NCBI GenBank assembly: GCA_947385425.1
Contig: CANDKY010000004.1
Location: forward strand, 10,527-74,526
Direction of reading: 5' to 3'
DNA length: 64,000 bases
Source: an uncultured Lachnospiraceae bacterium
Lineage (GTDB): Bacteria; Bacillota; Clostridia; Lachnospirales; Lachnospiraceae
Below are positions 17,075 through 27,547 of this stretch, in pieces (the first letter of the stretch is position 1; each line of letters starts with the position of its first letter). Below the pieces are notes generated by a model. It was not told the DNA's origin. It was given only the letters and a program-made list of their open reading frames with translations, and did not search any database. Made by a program: the position numbers and the translations under genes.

Positions 17075-18499
17075 TCAGTCGTCATCCTCATCCAAAGATT
17101 TTTCAAGAGAAAAAATAAATTCCGAGCCGACGCCTTCTGTGCTGATAACATTGATGTGTTCTCCGTGGGCATAGATAATTTCTTTTGTAATCGAAAGCCC
17201 CAGCCCGGTCCCTTTTTTGTCTTTCCCTCTGGAAGCGTCTGATTTGTAAAAGCGATCCCATACAAGTTTCAGGTCGTCTTTCGGGATTCCGATTCCGCTG
17301 TCTTTGACGGAGACATGGACTTTATTATTTTTTTCATTTGTTTCTATCCTGATTTTAGAACCGTTATGGCTGAATTTGATGGCGTTGTCCAGGAGGTTAT
17401 AGACAACCTGCTGGATTTTTTCCATATCGGCATTGACATACATGGTATCGTCCGTCAGTATCAGTTCAATGGACATGGTTTTCTGGCTGCAGGTGCCTTC
17501 AAAAGAAGCCGCAGTGCTGCGGATCACCTGGTTGATATCAAAATCCGTCCTGTTCAGGAGCATCCCCTTTGTATTAAGGTTATTTAGCGTCAACAGACTG
17601 TTTGTCAGTTTCGTGAGACGTTCTGTTTCGGTTAAGACAATATTCAGATATTTTTCATACATTTCCAATGGAATGGTGCCATCCAGCATTGCTTCCAAGT
17701 AACCTTTGATAGAAGTCAGCGGGGAACGGAAATCGTGGGAAACATTTGCCACGAATTTCTTCTGGTCATCTTCGGATCGGGCAATTTCGCTTGCCATGTA
17801 GGACAGGGTAGCGGCGAGATAGCCGATTTCATCTTCGCTGTCCACCTGAAATTCATAATGCATGTTGCCGCTGGCATATTGTTCGGTAGCTTCCGTTATT
17901 TTCCGAAGGGGCAGGTAAACCATTTCCGTAAAGAAGATTAAAATAATTAAAGAGAGCAGGAACAGGATTACCAGCAGGATATAGGAAATGTTCAAAAGAG
18001 TGTCGCAGGACGCCTGTATTGCCTGTAGGGGGGCGTGGATAACGACATAGCCTTTGACTTTAAAGCTGGAGGTAATAGGGGCAAAGACACTCAACATCTG
18101 TTCCTGGAAGGAATCAAAAAAAGTCCCTGTCGTATAGTAGGATTCGGCCGTAATCGTAGGGTCGAAGTCCTCAATGACAATCTCATTCTGCAAATCAATA
18201 GGGGCGGAGGAATTCAGTACCATTCTGCCGGACGGGTTGATAATCCATATGGTAGCCGACAGATAAGTGTCCAGTGCGTCCAGTTGCTTTTTCACGGCGT
18301 CCAGAGAGGTTTCGCTGTTATAGAGATCCGATGCGTAAGTCTGGGCGATCAGCGTAGCTTCTTTATAGAGGGCATCCGCTTTTTCACGTTTTAACTGCTC
18401 AAGAGTCATGCTGGATACGAAAGTTGCCACGACGACAAAGCCAAAAAAACCGAAGATAAAGTATCCAAGCAGTATTTTCAGATAAAGGGTTTTTCTCAT
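17075..18499 (-). CDS. Sensor histidine kinase (2 TM, HAMP, HisKA, HATPase_c)
   Basis: Has the H-box 'SHDFRSPLTSIKGY', N-box 'NLLDNAIKF' and G-boxes 'DSGIGI' and 'GTGLGLSI'. Confidence 0.93.
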   Translation of the reverse strand: MRKTLYLKILLGYFIFGFFGFVVVATFVSSMTLEQLKREKADALYKEATLIAQTYASDLYNSETSLDAVKKQLDALDTYLSATIWIINPSGRMVLNSSAPIDLQNEIVIEDFDPTITAESYYTTGTFFDSFQEQMLSVFAPITSSFKVKGYVVIHAPLQAIQASCDTLLNISYILLVILFLLSLIILIFFTEMVYLPLRKITEATEQYASGNMHYEFQVDSEDEIGYLAATLSYMASEIARSEDDQKKFVANVSHDFRSPLTSIKGYLEAMLDGTIPLEMYEKYLNIVLTETERLTKLTNSLLTLNNLNTKGMLLNRTDFDINQVIRSTAASFEGTCSQKTMSIELILTDDTMYVNADMEKIQQVVYNLLDNAIKFSHNGSKIRIETNEKNNKVHVSVKDSGIGIPKDDLKLVWDRFYKSDASRGKDKKGTGLGLSITKEIIYAHGEHINVISTEGVGSEFIFSLEKSLDEDDD

Positions 18500-18510
18500 G
18501 CCATCCCCCT

Positions 18511-19266
18511 TTATCCGGGCGGCTGGGAAGCAAAGGATTTCTGGGCGGCGAAGGGAGTCTGCGCCACTTCGAATTTATATCCTACCCCCCAGACAGTAGT
18601 GATACGCCAGGTAGTATGACGGTTTTCATCTTCAAGTTTTTCGCGGATACGCTTAATATGTACATCTACGGTACGTGTATCGCCGATGTATTCATAGCCC
18701 CATATCTGGTCGAGGAGCTGCTCCCTGGTAAACACCTGATTGGGCGAAGAGGCAAGGAAGTAGAGGAGTTCCAGTTCCTTCGGGGGCATATCCACATTTT
18801 CCCCGCCATAGACGACAGAGTAGTTGGTGCGGTTTATGATAAGGTCGGGGTATTCCACACTTTTAACGCTGGATACCTGCGGGGCAGGGGGAACCGGCTT
18901 ATAACGGCGGAGTACCGCTTTTACCCTCGCAACCAGTTCTTTTGAATCAAAAGGTTTTTCCATATAATCGTCAGCGCCCAGTTCCAGGCCGAGCACTTTG
19001 TCAAAGATCTCGCCCTTCGCGGAAAGCATGATAATGGGAGTAGCGGATTTTGCGCGTACTTCCCTGCAGACCTGATAACCGTCAATGCCCGGGAGCATTA
19101 AATCCAGCAGAATCAGATTGGGGTTGAAGGAATCCGCCATAGTGAGGGCGGATTCCCCGTCATTTACAATCATTGTTTCAAAACATTCCTTTGTGAGATA
19201 CAGGGCGATAAGCTCTGCAATATTATTATCGTCATCTACGATCAGAATTTTTTGTTTGTTTACCAT
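18511..19266 (-). CDS. OmpR-family response regulator
   Basis: 'KILIVDDD' and 'LILLDLMLPGIDG' mark the receiver domain, followed by a winged-helix output ('RTVDVHIKRIREKL'). AGGAG lies upstream of the ATG at 19266. The track ORF extends to 19302. Confidence 0.92.
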   Translation of the reverse strand: MVNKQKILIVDDDNNIAELIALYLTKECFETMIVNDGESALTMADSFNPNLILLDLMLPGIDGYQVCREVRAKSATPIIMLSAKGEIFDKVLGLELGADDYMEKPFDSKELVARVKAVLRRYKPVPPAPQVSSVKSVEYPDLIINRTNYSVVYGGENVDMPPKELELLYFLASSPNQVFTREQLLDQIWGYEYIGDTRTVDVHIKRIREKLEDENRHTTWRITTVWGVGYKFEVAQTPFAAQKSFASQPPG

Positions 19267-19402
19267 AGTTTCTCCTGTTTCAGTGCCGCCCCTGCCCGTC
19301 AATTACCGCAGCCGGCAGAACAGCAGCCATTTGCAGGCGTAGTCCGGCGGCTGTTCCAAGAACTGCGCAGGCAGGGAGTGTTTGAAATTTGGTTTCATGA
19401 TT

Positions 19403-21781
19403 TTACGCTTTAAAAACAGCAATCGTGACACCTGCGTCGCCTTCTCCGTGTTCCCCGAGACGGAAGGATTCCACATATTTCACTTTCTTTAAATGTCCCT
19501 GTACGGCCTTGCGCAATGCCCCGGTGCCCTTACCGTGGACGATGCGCACACTTGGCAGATGGGCAAGGTAGGCATCATCCAGGTATTTGTCCAGCTCCGA
19601 TAATGCCTCATCCACTGTTTTCCCCAGGAGGTTGATTTCCGTGGATACAGTGTAAGACTTGGACATTTTGATTTTACTGCTGCCGGACCGCTCCAGCGGC
19701 GAAGGTTTTGTTACCGGTGTATCTTCGATAAGGATAATGTCTTTGATATTCGTCTGGGTACGGAGGATACCGCACTGTACAAAAAGGTTTCCTTTATGAT
19801 CCGGGAGCGAACTGACCGTGCCTTTCAGGCCCATGGAAAGGATTTTCACACTTTCGCCTAATTTAAGCTGGCCGGGTTTTAATTCCTTTGGTTTGGGCTG
19901 CTTGGGGTTCAGTGCCAGTTTGCTGCTTTTCTCAGATATCTTTCCACGGACTTTTTCGCGTGTTTTTTCCAAATCCTTCATGGAAGCGTTGGGGCCGGCT
20001 TTCTGGAAAATACGGATAGTCTCGTCAGCGACATCTTTCGCTTCCTGTAAAATATCGCGTGCTTTTTCGTTGGCTTCCCGCAGGATACGCTCTCTTGTTT
20101 CGTCTATTTTATCCTGTTTGGTCTGGAGCTGTTCTTTCAGCCGTTTGATTTCCTCCTTATAAGAAGCGGCTTCCAGACGTTCCTTTTCAATGGTTACTTT
20201 GCTGTGTTCAAGGTCTGCGATCAGATCCTCGAAGGTTTCGTTTTCCTGGCTAATCTGTTCCTTTGCCGCCTGGATAATATAATCGGGAAGGCCCAGCTTG
20301 GAGGAAATGGCAAACGCATTGCTTTTCCCGGGAATACCGATCAGCAGACGGTAGGTGGGCTGCAGGGTATGGACATCAAATTCACAGCAGGCATTTTCCA
20401 CATGTTCCGTTGACAGGGCATAAACTTTTATTTCGCTGTAGTGAGTCGTCGCCATGGTACGGATTTGCCGCCTGTGCAGATGATCCAGTATGGCGATGGC
20501 GAGCGCCGCGCCTTCCGTGGGATCTGTCCCGGCGCCTAACTCATCAAAGAGACAGAGGGAACCGGCGTCCGCATTCTGCAGAATGGAAACAATAGTCGTC
20601 ATATGGGAAGAAAAGGTGCTGAGGCTTTGCTCGATACTCTGTTCATCGCCGATGTCCGCGTAAACTTCTGTAAATACAGACAGTTCCGAACGGTCAAGGG
20701 CGGGGATATGCAGCCCGGCCTGCCCCATAAGAGTAAAAAGCCCCACTGTTTTCAGCGAAACGGTCTTTCCTCCGGTGTTAGGCCCGGTAATAACCAGCAG
20801 ATCAAAGTCCCGCCCTAAATAGATGTCGATCGGGACTACTTTTTTCTTATCCAGCAGAGGATGCCTTCCTTTGCGGATATTGATACGCCTGTCCGTATTG
20901 AAGATCGGTGCAGTGGCATTTTGATCCATCGCAAGCGACGCTTTGGCGAAAATGAAATCCAACGTTGTCATAAGATTCTGGTTACTGGAAAGGGCAGCAA
21001 CATGTTCTGCAGCCATAGCGCTTAACTGTGCCAGGATAATTTCAATCTGTTCCTGCTCTTTGAGGGCAAGTTCCTTCAACTGGTTATTCATGTTCACGAC
21101 TGCCGCCGGTTCGATAAAGAAAGTGGAGCCTGTGGAAGACTGATCATGCACCATGCCCGGCACCTGTCCCTTATATTCCGATTTTACAGGCAGGCAATAG
21201 CGGTTATTGCGCATGGTAATGACCGCATCCTGCAAATAGGTGCGGTAGGAACCGTTTACCATATTGTTAAGCTGCGTATGGATACGGTCATTTGTCAGTA
21301 TAATATTCCGGCGGATAGACTTCAGGGCAGGGCTTGCATCATCACTGAACTCCTCCTCGGAAAGAATACACCGCCGTATCTCAGAGGATAATGGAGTCAG
21401 GGGTTCCAGTGCGTCAAAAAGCGCATCCAGGGAATCGGCAGCTTCATCCTCACGCTCCCGCCTGCCATAAGACTTTACCCGGCTGACATTCTCCAGCATC
21501 CCCGCGATTTTCAGCAGCTCCGCGGTGGAGAGGGAAGAACCGACACCCAAAGATTTTAAAGCATAACCAAGATCCTTGTTGCCGCCAAAAGAAGTAGAAC
21601 CCTTTTTAAACAGGCGGGAAAGGGCATCGGCTGTCTGCTGCTGCGCCTCATTAATGACAGCGATGTCAGTAAACGGCTTCAACTCCATACACAGCTTCCT
21701 GCCCGGCTCCGAATTAGCCCTTTCCGCCAGCATCCCTATAATTTTGTTATATTCCAATGTGTTTAATACTTTTTCATTCAT
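19403..21781 (-). CDS. mutS2: Endonuclease MutS2 (MutS ATPase plus C-terminal Smr domain)
   Basis: 792 aa, with Walker A 'GPNTGGKT', 'DELGAGTDP' and a C-terminal Smr domain ('VRIVHGKGTGALR'). Confidence 0.96.
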   Translation of the reverse strand: MNEKVLNTLEYNKIIGMLAERANSEPGRKLCMELKPFTDIAVINEAQQQTADALSRLFKKGSTSFGGNKDLGYALKSLGVGSSLSTAELLKIAGMLENVSRVKSYGRREREDEAADSLDALFDALEPLTPLSSEIRRCILSEEEFSDDASPALKSIRRNIILTNDRIHTQLNNMVNGSYRTYLQDAVITMRNNRYCLPVKSEYKGQVPGMVHDQSSTGSTFFIEPAAVVNMNNQLKELALKEQEQIEIILAQLSAMAAEHVAALSSNQNLMTTLDFIFAKASLAMDQNATAPIFNTDRRINIRKGRHPLLDKKKVVPIDIYLGRDFDLLVITGPNTGGKTVSLKTVGLFTLMGQAGLHIPALDRSELSVFTEVYADIGDEQSIEQSLSTFSSHMTTIVSILQNADAGSLCLFDELGAGTDPTEGAALAIAILDHLHRRQIRTMATTHYSEIKVYALSTEHVENACCEFDVHTLQPTYRLLIGIPGKSNAFAISSKLGLPDYIIQAAKEQISQENETFEDLIADLEHSKVTIEKERLEAASYKEEIKRLKEQLQTKQDKIDETRERILREANEKARDILQEAKDVADETIRIFQKAGPNASMKDLEKTREKVRGKISEKSSKLALNPKQPKPKELKPGQLKLGESVKILSMGLKGTVSSLPDHKGNLFVQCGILRTQTNIKDIILIEDTPVTKPSPLERSGSSKIKMSKSYTVSTEINLLGKTVDEALSELDKYLDDAYLAHLPSVRIVHGKGTGALRKAVQGHLKKVKYVESFRLGEHGEGDAGVTIAVFKA

Positions 21782-22073
21782 AATTTTTCCACTATTTTCT
21801 GTTTTTTATTTATTTTTTGTTTTCCATATACGCGCCGGAGCTCCATCCGGCCGGATGGGACTTTGGCGAAAAATTGCCGCAATACCCTTCCGTGCCAACA
21901 TTATACCATAAAGAAGAGAAAATGTAACTACACTTCCGGGAGGAACTTTTTAAATATAGGCACCGTCCTCTCAAACTACAATCCCCCTATTTTACAACGC
22001 ACCACTGGACTTGCCATTTAATATATGGTAAACTGCATAACAGAGACTGACATGCTTTATTCTTGGAGGAGAA

Positions 22074-22913
22074 ATGATGGAAAATCTTGAATTACAAAAA
22101 AAAGCCAATGAAGTGCGGAAAGGGATTGTGACAGCAGTCCACAGCGCAAAAGCAGGACATCCGGGCGGTTCCCTATCGGCGGCAGATATATATACATATC
22201 TGTATTTTGAAGAGATGAATATCGATCCGGAAAATCCCAGGATGGAAGACAGGGATCGTTTTGTACTGTCCAAGGGGCATACGGCGCCCGGATTATATTC
22301 TGCTTTGGCAAACAGGGGTTTTTTCCCGGTGGAAGACCTGACGACATTGCGCAAACTGGGTTCCTATTTGCAGGGGCATCCTGATATGAAGCATATCCCG
22401 GGTGTGGACATGTCCAGCGGTTCCCTGGGGCAGGGTATTTCCGCAGCGGTCGGGATGGCTCTCGGTGCAAAGATGAAAGGGAAGGATTTCCGTGTATATA
22501 CATTGCTTGGCGACGGGGAACTGGAGGAAGGGCAGGTGTGGGAAGCTTCCATGTTTGCCGGACACAGGAAACTGGATAATCTGGTAGTTATCGTAGACAA
22601 TAACGGGCTGCAGATTGATGGTAAGATAGATGATGTATGTTCTCCCTATCCCATTGATAAGAAATTCGAGGCATTTAATTTCCATGTGATGAATGTGGAT
22701 GCGCATGATTTTGATGCGCTGCGCAGTGCATTTAAAGAGGCCCGTGAAACGAAAGGCATGCCTGCGGCGATTATTGCCCACAGCCTGAAGGGGAAAGGCG
22801 TGTCCTTTATGGAAGGGGCCGTGGACTGGCATGGCAAAGCCCCCAACGATGAGCAGTATGCGGCGGCAATGGCAGATCTGGAAAGGATTGGTGAAGAACT
22901 ATGTCAGAAGTAA
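22074..22913 (+). CDS. Transketolase, N-terminal (TPP-binding) subunit
   Basis: Split transketolase with 'GHPGGSLS' and 'GDGELEEGQVWEA'. Confidence 0.95.
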   Translation: MMENLELQKKANEVRKGIVTAVHSAKAGHPGGSLSAADIYTYLYFEEMNIDPENPRMEDRDRFVLSKGHTAPGLYSALANRGFFPVEDLTTLRKLGSYLQGHPDMKHIPGVDMSSGSLGQGISAAVGMALGAKMKGKDFRVYTLLGDGELEEGQVWEASMFAGHRKLDNLVVIVDNNGLQIDGKIDDVCSPYPIDKKFEAFNFHVMNVDAHDFDALRSAFKEARETKGMPAAIIAHSLKGKGVSFMEGAVDWHGKAPNDEQYAAAMADLERIGEELCQK

Positions 22914-23845
22914 AGAAAATTGCAACAAGGGAAAGTTACGGCAATACTTTGGTGGAGCTTGGAGCGGAGTATCCGAATCTGGTTGTTCTGGATGCGGATC
23001 TGGCAGCGGCAACCAAGACAGGTGTCTTTAAAAAGGCTTACCCGGACAGGCATATAGATTGCGGTATTGCAGAGTGCAATATGGTTGGTGTTGCGGCAGG
23101 GCTTTCCACAGTAGGAATGATTCCCTTTGTAAGTTCCTTTGCCATGTTTGCGGCGGGGCGTGCTTTTGAGCAGGTGCGCAATTCTGTGGGATATCCCCAT
23201 TTGAACGTGAAGATCGGTGCAACCCATGCGGGCATTACCGTGGGTGAGGACGGCGCATCCCACCAGTGTAATGAGGATATTGCATTGATGAGGACGATTC
23301 CGGGGATGGTAGTTATGTGCCCGGCGGATGATGTGGAGGCGAAAGCGGCGGTAAGGGCGGCGGTGGAGCATGAAGGCCCTGTATATATCCGTTTCGGCCG
23401 TGCGGCATGTCCGGTAATAAATGACAGGCCGGACTACAAATTTGAAATCGGAAAAGGGACGGTTGTGCGGGAAGGGACGGATGTGACCATCGTAGCGACC
23501 GGGATTTGTGTGGGAAGTGCACTGGAAGCGGCGGAAAAGCTGGCGGAGGAAGGCGTCAGTGCAGAGGTAATTGATATCTGTACGATTAAACCGCTGGATG
23601 AAGAACTGATCATTGCTTCCGCAAAGAAAACGGGCAAAGTGGTAACGGCGGAAGAACATTCTGTAATCGGAGGGCTGGGCAGTGCAGTATGCGATGCGCT
23701 GTGTAAGGGGGCTCCCGTACCGGTATGCAAGATCGGTATGCAGGATGTGTTTGGCGAGTCTGGCCCAGCAGCGGCATTGGTTGAGAAATACGGACTCGAC
23801 GGGGCAGGCATTTATAGAACGGTAAAAGAATTTATCGGAAAGTGA
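22901..23845 (+). CDS. Transketolase, C-terminal (pyrimidine-binding) subunit
   Basis: 'DCGIAECNMVGVAAGL' and 'GEDGASHQ' are present. It overlaps the N-subunit gene. Confidence 0.95.
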   Translation: MSEVKKIATRESYGNTLVELGAEYPNLVVLDADLAAATKTGVFKKAYPDRHIDCGIAECNMVGVAAGLSTVGMIPFVSSFAMFAAGRAFEQVRNSVGYPHLNVKIGATHAGITVGEDGASHQCNEDIALMRTIPGMVVMCPADDVEAKAAVRAAVEHEGPVYIRFGRAACPVINDRPDYKFEIGKGTVVREGTDVTIVATGICVGSALEAAEKLAEEGVSAEVIDICTIKPLDEELIIASAKKTGKVVTAEEHSVIGGLGSAVCDALCKGAPVPVCKIGMQDVFGESGPAAALVEKYGLDGAGIYRTVKEFIGK

Positions 23846-24540
23846 GTAAGAAAATGTTGATTTTGTCACCTTCTATTTTGGCAGCGGATTTTTCCGTGTT
23901 GGGGGAGCAGATAAGGGAAGCGGAAGGCGCGGGTGCACGGTATCTTCATATTGATGTGATGGATGGGATGTTTGTACCGTCCATCTCTTTTGGTATGCCG
24001 GTGATATCTTCCATCCGGAAATTTTCGGATATGATATTTGATGTACATCTTATGATAGAGAGGCCGGAACGTTATATTGAAGAGTTTGTCCGGGTAGGGG
24101 CGGATATGATTACATTCCATCTTGAAGCGACGGATCAGCCCGGGGAGGTCATCAGGCAGATACACAACCTGGGGAAAAAGGCAGGGCTGTCCCTCAAACC
24201 GGCGACCCCCGTGGAGGAGATGCTCCCCTTTATTGACAAAATAGATATGCTGCTGGTAATGACGGTAGAACCCGGTTTCGGCGGGCAGAGCTATATTCCG
24301 GAATCGACGCAGCATATCCGGCAGGCAAGAGAGATGTTCAGGGGACGCGGGCTGGATACGGACATTCAGGTGGATGGCGGGATAACGGTAGATAATGTGC
24401 ATGTGGTCCTGGAAGCAGGGGCAAATGTAATAGTAGCGGGAAGCGCCATATTTAAGGGGGATGTTGCCGGCAATGTGAAGAGTATGTACAGGGCTTTCGG
24501 AAAGTTTGAGGAAACCCGGAAGCCGGGGGAGAAACTGTAG
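23842..24540 (+). CDS. rpe: Ribulose-phosphate 3-epimerase
   Basis: 'LSPSILAADF', 'HIDVMDGMFVP' and 'MTVEPGFGGQ' are present. Confidence 0.95.
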   Translation: MSKKMLILSPSILAADFSVLGEQIREAEGAGARYLHIDVMDGMFVPSISFGMPVISSIRKFSDMIFDVHLMIERPERYIEEFVRVGADMITFHLEATDQPGEVIRQIHNLGKKAGLSLKPATPVEEMLPFIDKIDMLLVMTVEPGFGGQSYIPESTQHIRQAREMFRGRGLDTDIQVDGGITVDNVHVVLEAGANVIVAGSAIFKGDVAGNVKSMYRAFGKFEETRKPGEKL

Positions 24541-24670
24541 CAGGCAGCGCAAAAAGATCTTCGCTTCTTTCTTTTTGGGGAGACGGCGGGGATTTTTTAT
24601 GTTATGATATGGAAATGTGAGGCCAATGGATGCGGGCCCGGGACAATATGGATGGAAGAGGGAAAAGGAA

Positions 24671-25546
24671 ATGTATAAGAAATTAGGGAGGAATGAACCC
24701 TGCTGGTGCGGGAGCGGGAGAAAATATAAGTCCTGCCATGAGAGGTTTGACGAAAAAGTAATCCGATACCAGATAGAAGGACATATCATTCCGGACAGGG
24801 AAATGATCAAGACAAAAGAACAGATTGACGGCATACGGGAAAGCGGGCTCCGGAATACCGCGGTGTTGGATTATGTGGCGGAAAATATAAGAATCGGGAT
24901 GAATACGGAAGAGATAGACCGGATGGTGTATGAAAAGACGAAAGAATTAGGCGGGATACCGGCTCCGCTCCACTATGACAGCTACCCGAAGAGCGTATGC
25001 ACTTCTGTTAATAACCAGGTTTGCCACGGAATACCTTCTAAGAATGTGATACTGCAGGAGGGGGACATAGTAAATGTGGATGTGTCTACTATATATAACG
25101 GATATTTTTCAGACTCTTCCCGTATGTTCGGTATCGGCAAGCTGTCAGAGGAAGCGGCATATATTGTGCGTGTTGCGAAGGAATGTATGGAGAAAGGGAT
25201 AGAAAGTGTGAAGCCGTGGAGGTTTCTGGGAGATATGGCGGATGCGGTGAACAGCCATGCGAAGGCGAACGGCTGCAGTGTGGTGAGGGATATCGGCGGA
25301 CATGGCGTGGGTTTGGATTTTCATGAAGATCCTTTTGTAAGTTATGTAACCCAAAAGGGGACGGAGATGCTGATGGTGCCGGGCATGGTGTTTACCATAG
25401 AGCCTATGGTAAACCGGGGCACGGACGAGATATATATAGATGATGATAATGGGTGGACCGCTTATACGGAGGATGGAGCCCTCTCGGCACAATGGGAAGT
25501 GACTGTTGCGGTGACGGAGGAGGGATGTGAGGTTTTAGCGCATTAG
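24671..25546 (+). CDS. map: Type I methionine aminopeptidase with N-terminal SEC-C zinc motif
   Basis: The SEC-C motif 'EPCWCGSGRKYKSCH' precedes a MetAP core ('VCHGIP', 'GDIVNVDV', 'GGHGVG', 'FTIEP'). The track ORF begins at 24617. Confidence 0.92.
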   Translation: MYKKLGRNEPCWCGSGRKYKSCHERFDEKVIRYQIEGHIIPDREMIKTKEQIDGIRESGLRNTAVLDYVAENIRIGMNTEEIDRMVYEKTKELGGIPAPLHYDSYPKSVCTSVNNQVCHGIPSKNVILQEGDIVNVDVSTIYNGYFSDSSRMFGIGKLSEEAAYIVRVAKECMEKGIESVKPWRFLGDMADAVNSHAKANGCSVVRDIGGHGVGLDFHEDPFVSYVTQKGTEMLMVPGMVFTIEPMVNRGTDEIYIDDDNGWTAYTEDGALSAQWEVTVAVTEEGCEVLAH

Positions 25547-25654
25547 AACTCCATACTGATTTGAGTGCCCGCGGGAGCAGGTATGAGGGAGCTGTATAGA
25601 TTAATTTCCGGGAAACAGGGTACGGTAGGATTGTGGAAGTGTTTGGAGACGGGT

Positions 25655-27361
25655 ATGGCAAGGACGATAGGGATTGGGGTGCAGAATTTTGGCAAGATTA
25701 TAGAAAATAACTATTTTTATGTGGATAAAACATCATTTCTCAGGGAGTGGTGGGAGGGCGGGGATGAGGTAACGCTCATTACAAGACCCCGGCGTTTTGG
25801 AAAGACACTGACAATGAGCATGGCAGAGCATTTTTTTTCTGTGGAATATGCGGGGCGCGGGGATCTGTTTAATGGCCTGCGTATTTGGGAAGAAGGGAAG
25901 TACCGCAGCCTGCAGGGGAGTTATCCGGTAATATCCCTTTCTTTTGCGAATGTAAAGGAAAGGGATTATCAGACGGCGAAACAGAGGATATGCCAGCTTT
26001 TGGCCGATTTATACGGGCGGAATTATTTTCTGCTGGACAGCGGGGTGTTGACGGAAGAGGACAGGAAATATTTTTTGAGTATTACTATGGATATGCCGGA
26101 GGTGGTTGCAACCGCTTCGTTATATAAATTATCGGATTTTTTATACCGTTATTTCAAAAAGAAAGTTATTATCCTGCTGGATGAGTATGATACGCCTATG
26201 CAGGAGGCTTACGTGGATGGATATTGGGCAGAGCTGGTACAGTTTACCAGAAATATGTTCCATTCTGCCTTCAAAACAAACCCATGGCTGGAACGTGCAA
26301 TCATGACCGGGATTACAAGGATCAGTAAAGAATCCGTTTTTTCGGACTTGAATAATCTGGAAATTGTGAGTACTACATCTGAAAAGTATGCGGATGTGTT
26401 TGGGTTTACGGAAGAAGAAGTATTTACTGCGATGGACGAATACGGCCTGGAGGAAAAAAACGAGGTAAAACAATGGTATGATGGGTTTGTTTTCGGGCAT
26501 TTGAGGGATATTTATAATCCATGGTCGGTTTTGAACTATCTGGATAAGAGAAAGTGTATGGCTTATTGGGCAAACACCAGTTCCAACAGCCTTATCGGAA
26601 AACTTATCAGGGAGGGGAGCCGGGATGTGAAGCAGTCTTTTGAGCAGTTGCTGCGGGGAGGCCGTATAATAACGCCTGTTGATGAACAGATGGTGTACGA
26701 TCAGTTGGATGATAATGAACAGGCTGTCTGGAGTCTGTTGTTGGCTGCTGGTTATTTGAAGGTGCTGAATTATGAAAAGTATAATCCGGATAATCTCTTC
26801 ATGCCGAAGTATGAACTGGCATTGACAAATTTTGAAGTCAGCTTTATGTTTAAGAACATGATAAGGGGATGGTTTTCCAGAAATATTTCGGATTATAATG
26901 ATTTTGTGAAAGCATTGCTTATCGGTGATGTGGATGCTATGAATGAATACATGAACCGTGTTGCAAATGAAACTTTCAGCTTTTTCGACACAGGGGGGCA
27001 TGCAGGCGGGAAGGCGGAGCCGGAGCGTTTTTACCATGGTTTTGTCCTGGGGCTGATGGTGGAATTGGAAGGGCGTTATGTGGTTACTTCTAACCGTGAG
27101 AGCGGATTTGGCAGATATGATATTATGCTGGAACCCCGGGATGGGGAAAAGGATGCTTATATCATAGAATTTAAGGTATATAATCCCGGAAAGGATAAAA
27201 CGCTGGAGGATACGGCAAAAACTGCACTGACCCAGATTGAGGAAAAAAATTATGAAACGGCATTGACAGCGAAAGGGATCCCGGCGGAAAGAATTCATAA
27301 ATACGGGTTTGCCTTCGAAGGGAAAATGGTGCTGATTGCTGGTGTGGGCGGCTGCAAATAA
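25655..27361 (+). CDS. AAA-ATPase-like N-domain / PD-(D/E)XK nuclease C-domain protein (PDDEXK_9 type)
   Basis: 'IGVQNFGKIIENNYFYVDKTSF...LITRPRRFGKTL' marks the N-domain, and the C-terminal 'ESGFGRYDIMLEP...YIIEFK' marks the nuclease core. The track ORF begins at 25565. Confidence 0.85.
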   Translation: MARTIGIGVQNFGKIIENNYFYVDKTSFLREWWEGGDEVTLITRPRRFGKTLTMSMAEHFFSVEYAGRGDLFNGLRIWEEGKYRSLQGSYPVISLSFANVKERDYQTAKQRICQLLADLYGRNYFLLDSGVLTEEDRKYFLSITMDMPEVVATASLYKLSDFLYRYFKKKVIILLDEYDTPMQEAYVDGYWAELVQFTRNMFHSAFKTNPWLERAIMTGITRISKESVFSDLNNLEIVSTTSEKYADVFGFTEEEVFTAMDEYGLEEKNEVKQWYDGFVFGHLRDIYNPWSVLNYLDKRKCMAYWANTSSNSLIGKLIREGSRDVKQSFEQLLRGGRIITPVDEQMVYDQLDDNEQAVWSLLLAAGYLKVLNYEKYNPDNLFMPKYELALTNFEVSFMFKNMIRGWFSRNISDYNDFVKALLIGDVDAMNEYMNRVANETFSFFDTGGHAGGKAEPERFYHGFVLGLMVELEGRYVVTSNRESGFGRYDIMLEPRDGEKDAYIIEFKVYNPGKDKTLEDTAKTALTQIEEKNYETALTAKGIPAERIHKYGFAFEGKMVLIAGVGGCK

Positions 27362-27365
27362 AATC

Positions 27366-27394
27366 TTGACAATTTACGCCGTATTCGTTAAGCT
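27366..27394 (+). promoter_or_regulatory. Candidate sigma-70 promoter (TTGACA-17-TAAGCT)
   Basis: A perfect -35 hexamer, a 17-nt spacer and a 4/6 -10 hexamer. It lies at the start of the 1.07-kb ORF-free region upstream of metG. Confidence 0.4.
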
Positions 27395-27427
27395 AAGATT
27401 ACAGGCATAAACAAACGCAAGGCTTGG

Positions 27428-27504
27428 GAAATCCACATGCCCCATATATGCAGCTTCACCAGTGATGAAATGGGGGGCAGGGAGACTTTTTTACAGTAAC
27501 ATGG
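27428..27504. repeat. Family-3 ~80-nt conserved intergenic element (copy B)
   Basis: Aligns with 14445-14523, sharing 'GAAAT.C..CATG.CCC', 'GTGATGAAA' and 'GGCAG.GAGA.TTTTTT.A.AGTAA.ATGG'. Confidence 0.7.
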
Positions 27505-27547
27505 CCAGGCGGATGTCCTGAAAGAAAGCAATAAAATTTTAATCTCT

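Noticed and set aside
22904-24834. Long minus-strand ORFs 22904..23869 (321 aa) and 23866..24834 (322 aa).
   Set aside because: They are antisense to the well-supported transketolase C-subunit, rpe and map genes. Their composition is R/H/C/F-rich, as is typical of shadow frames.
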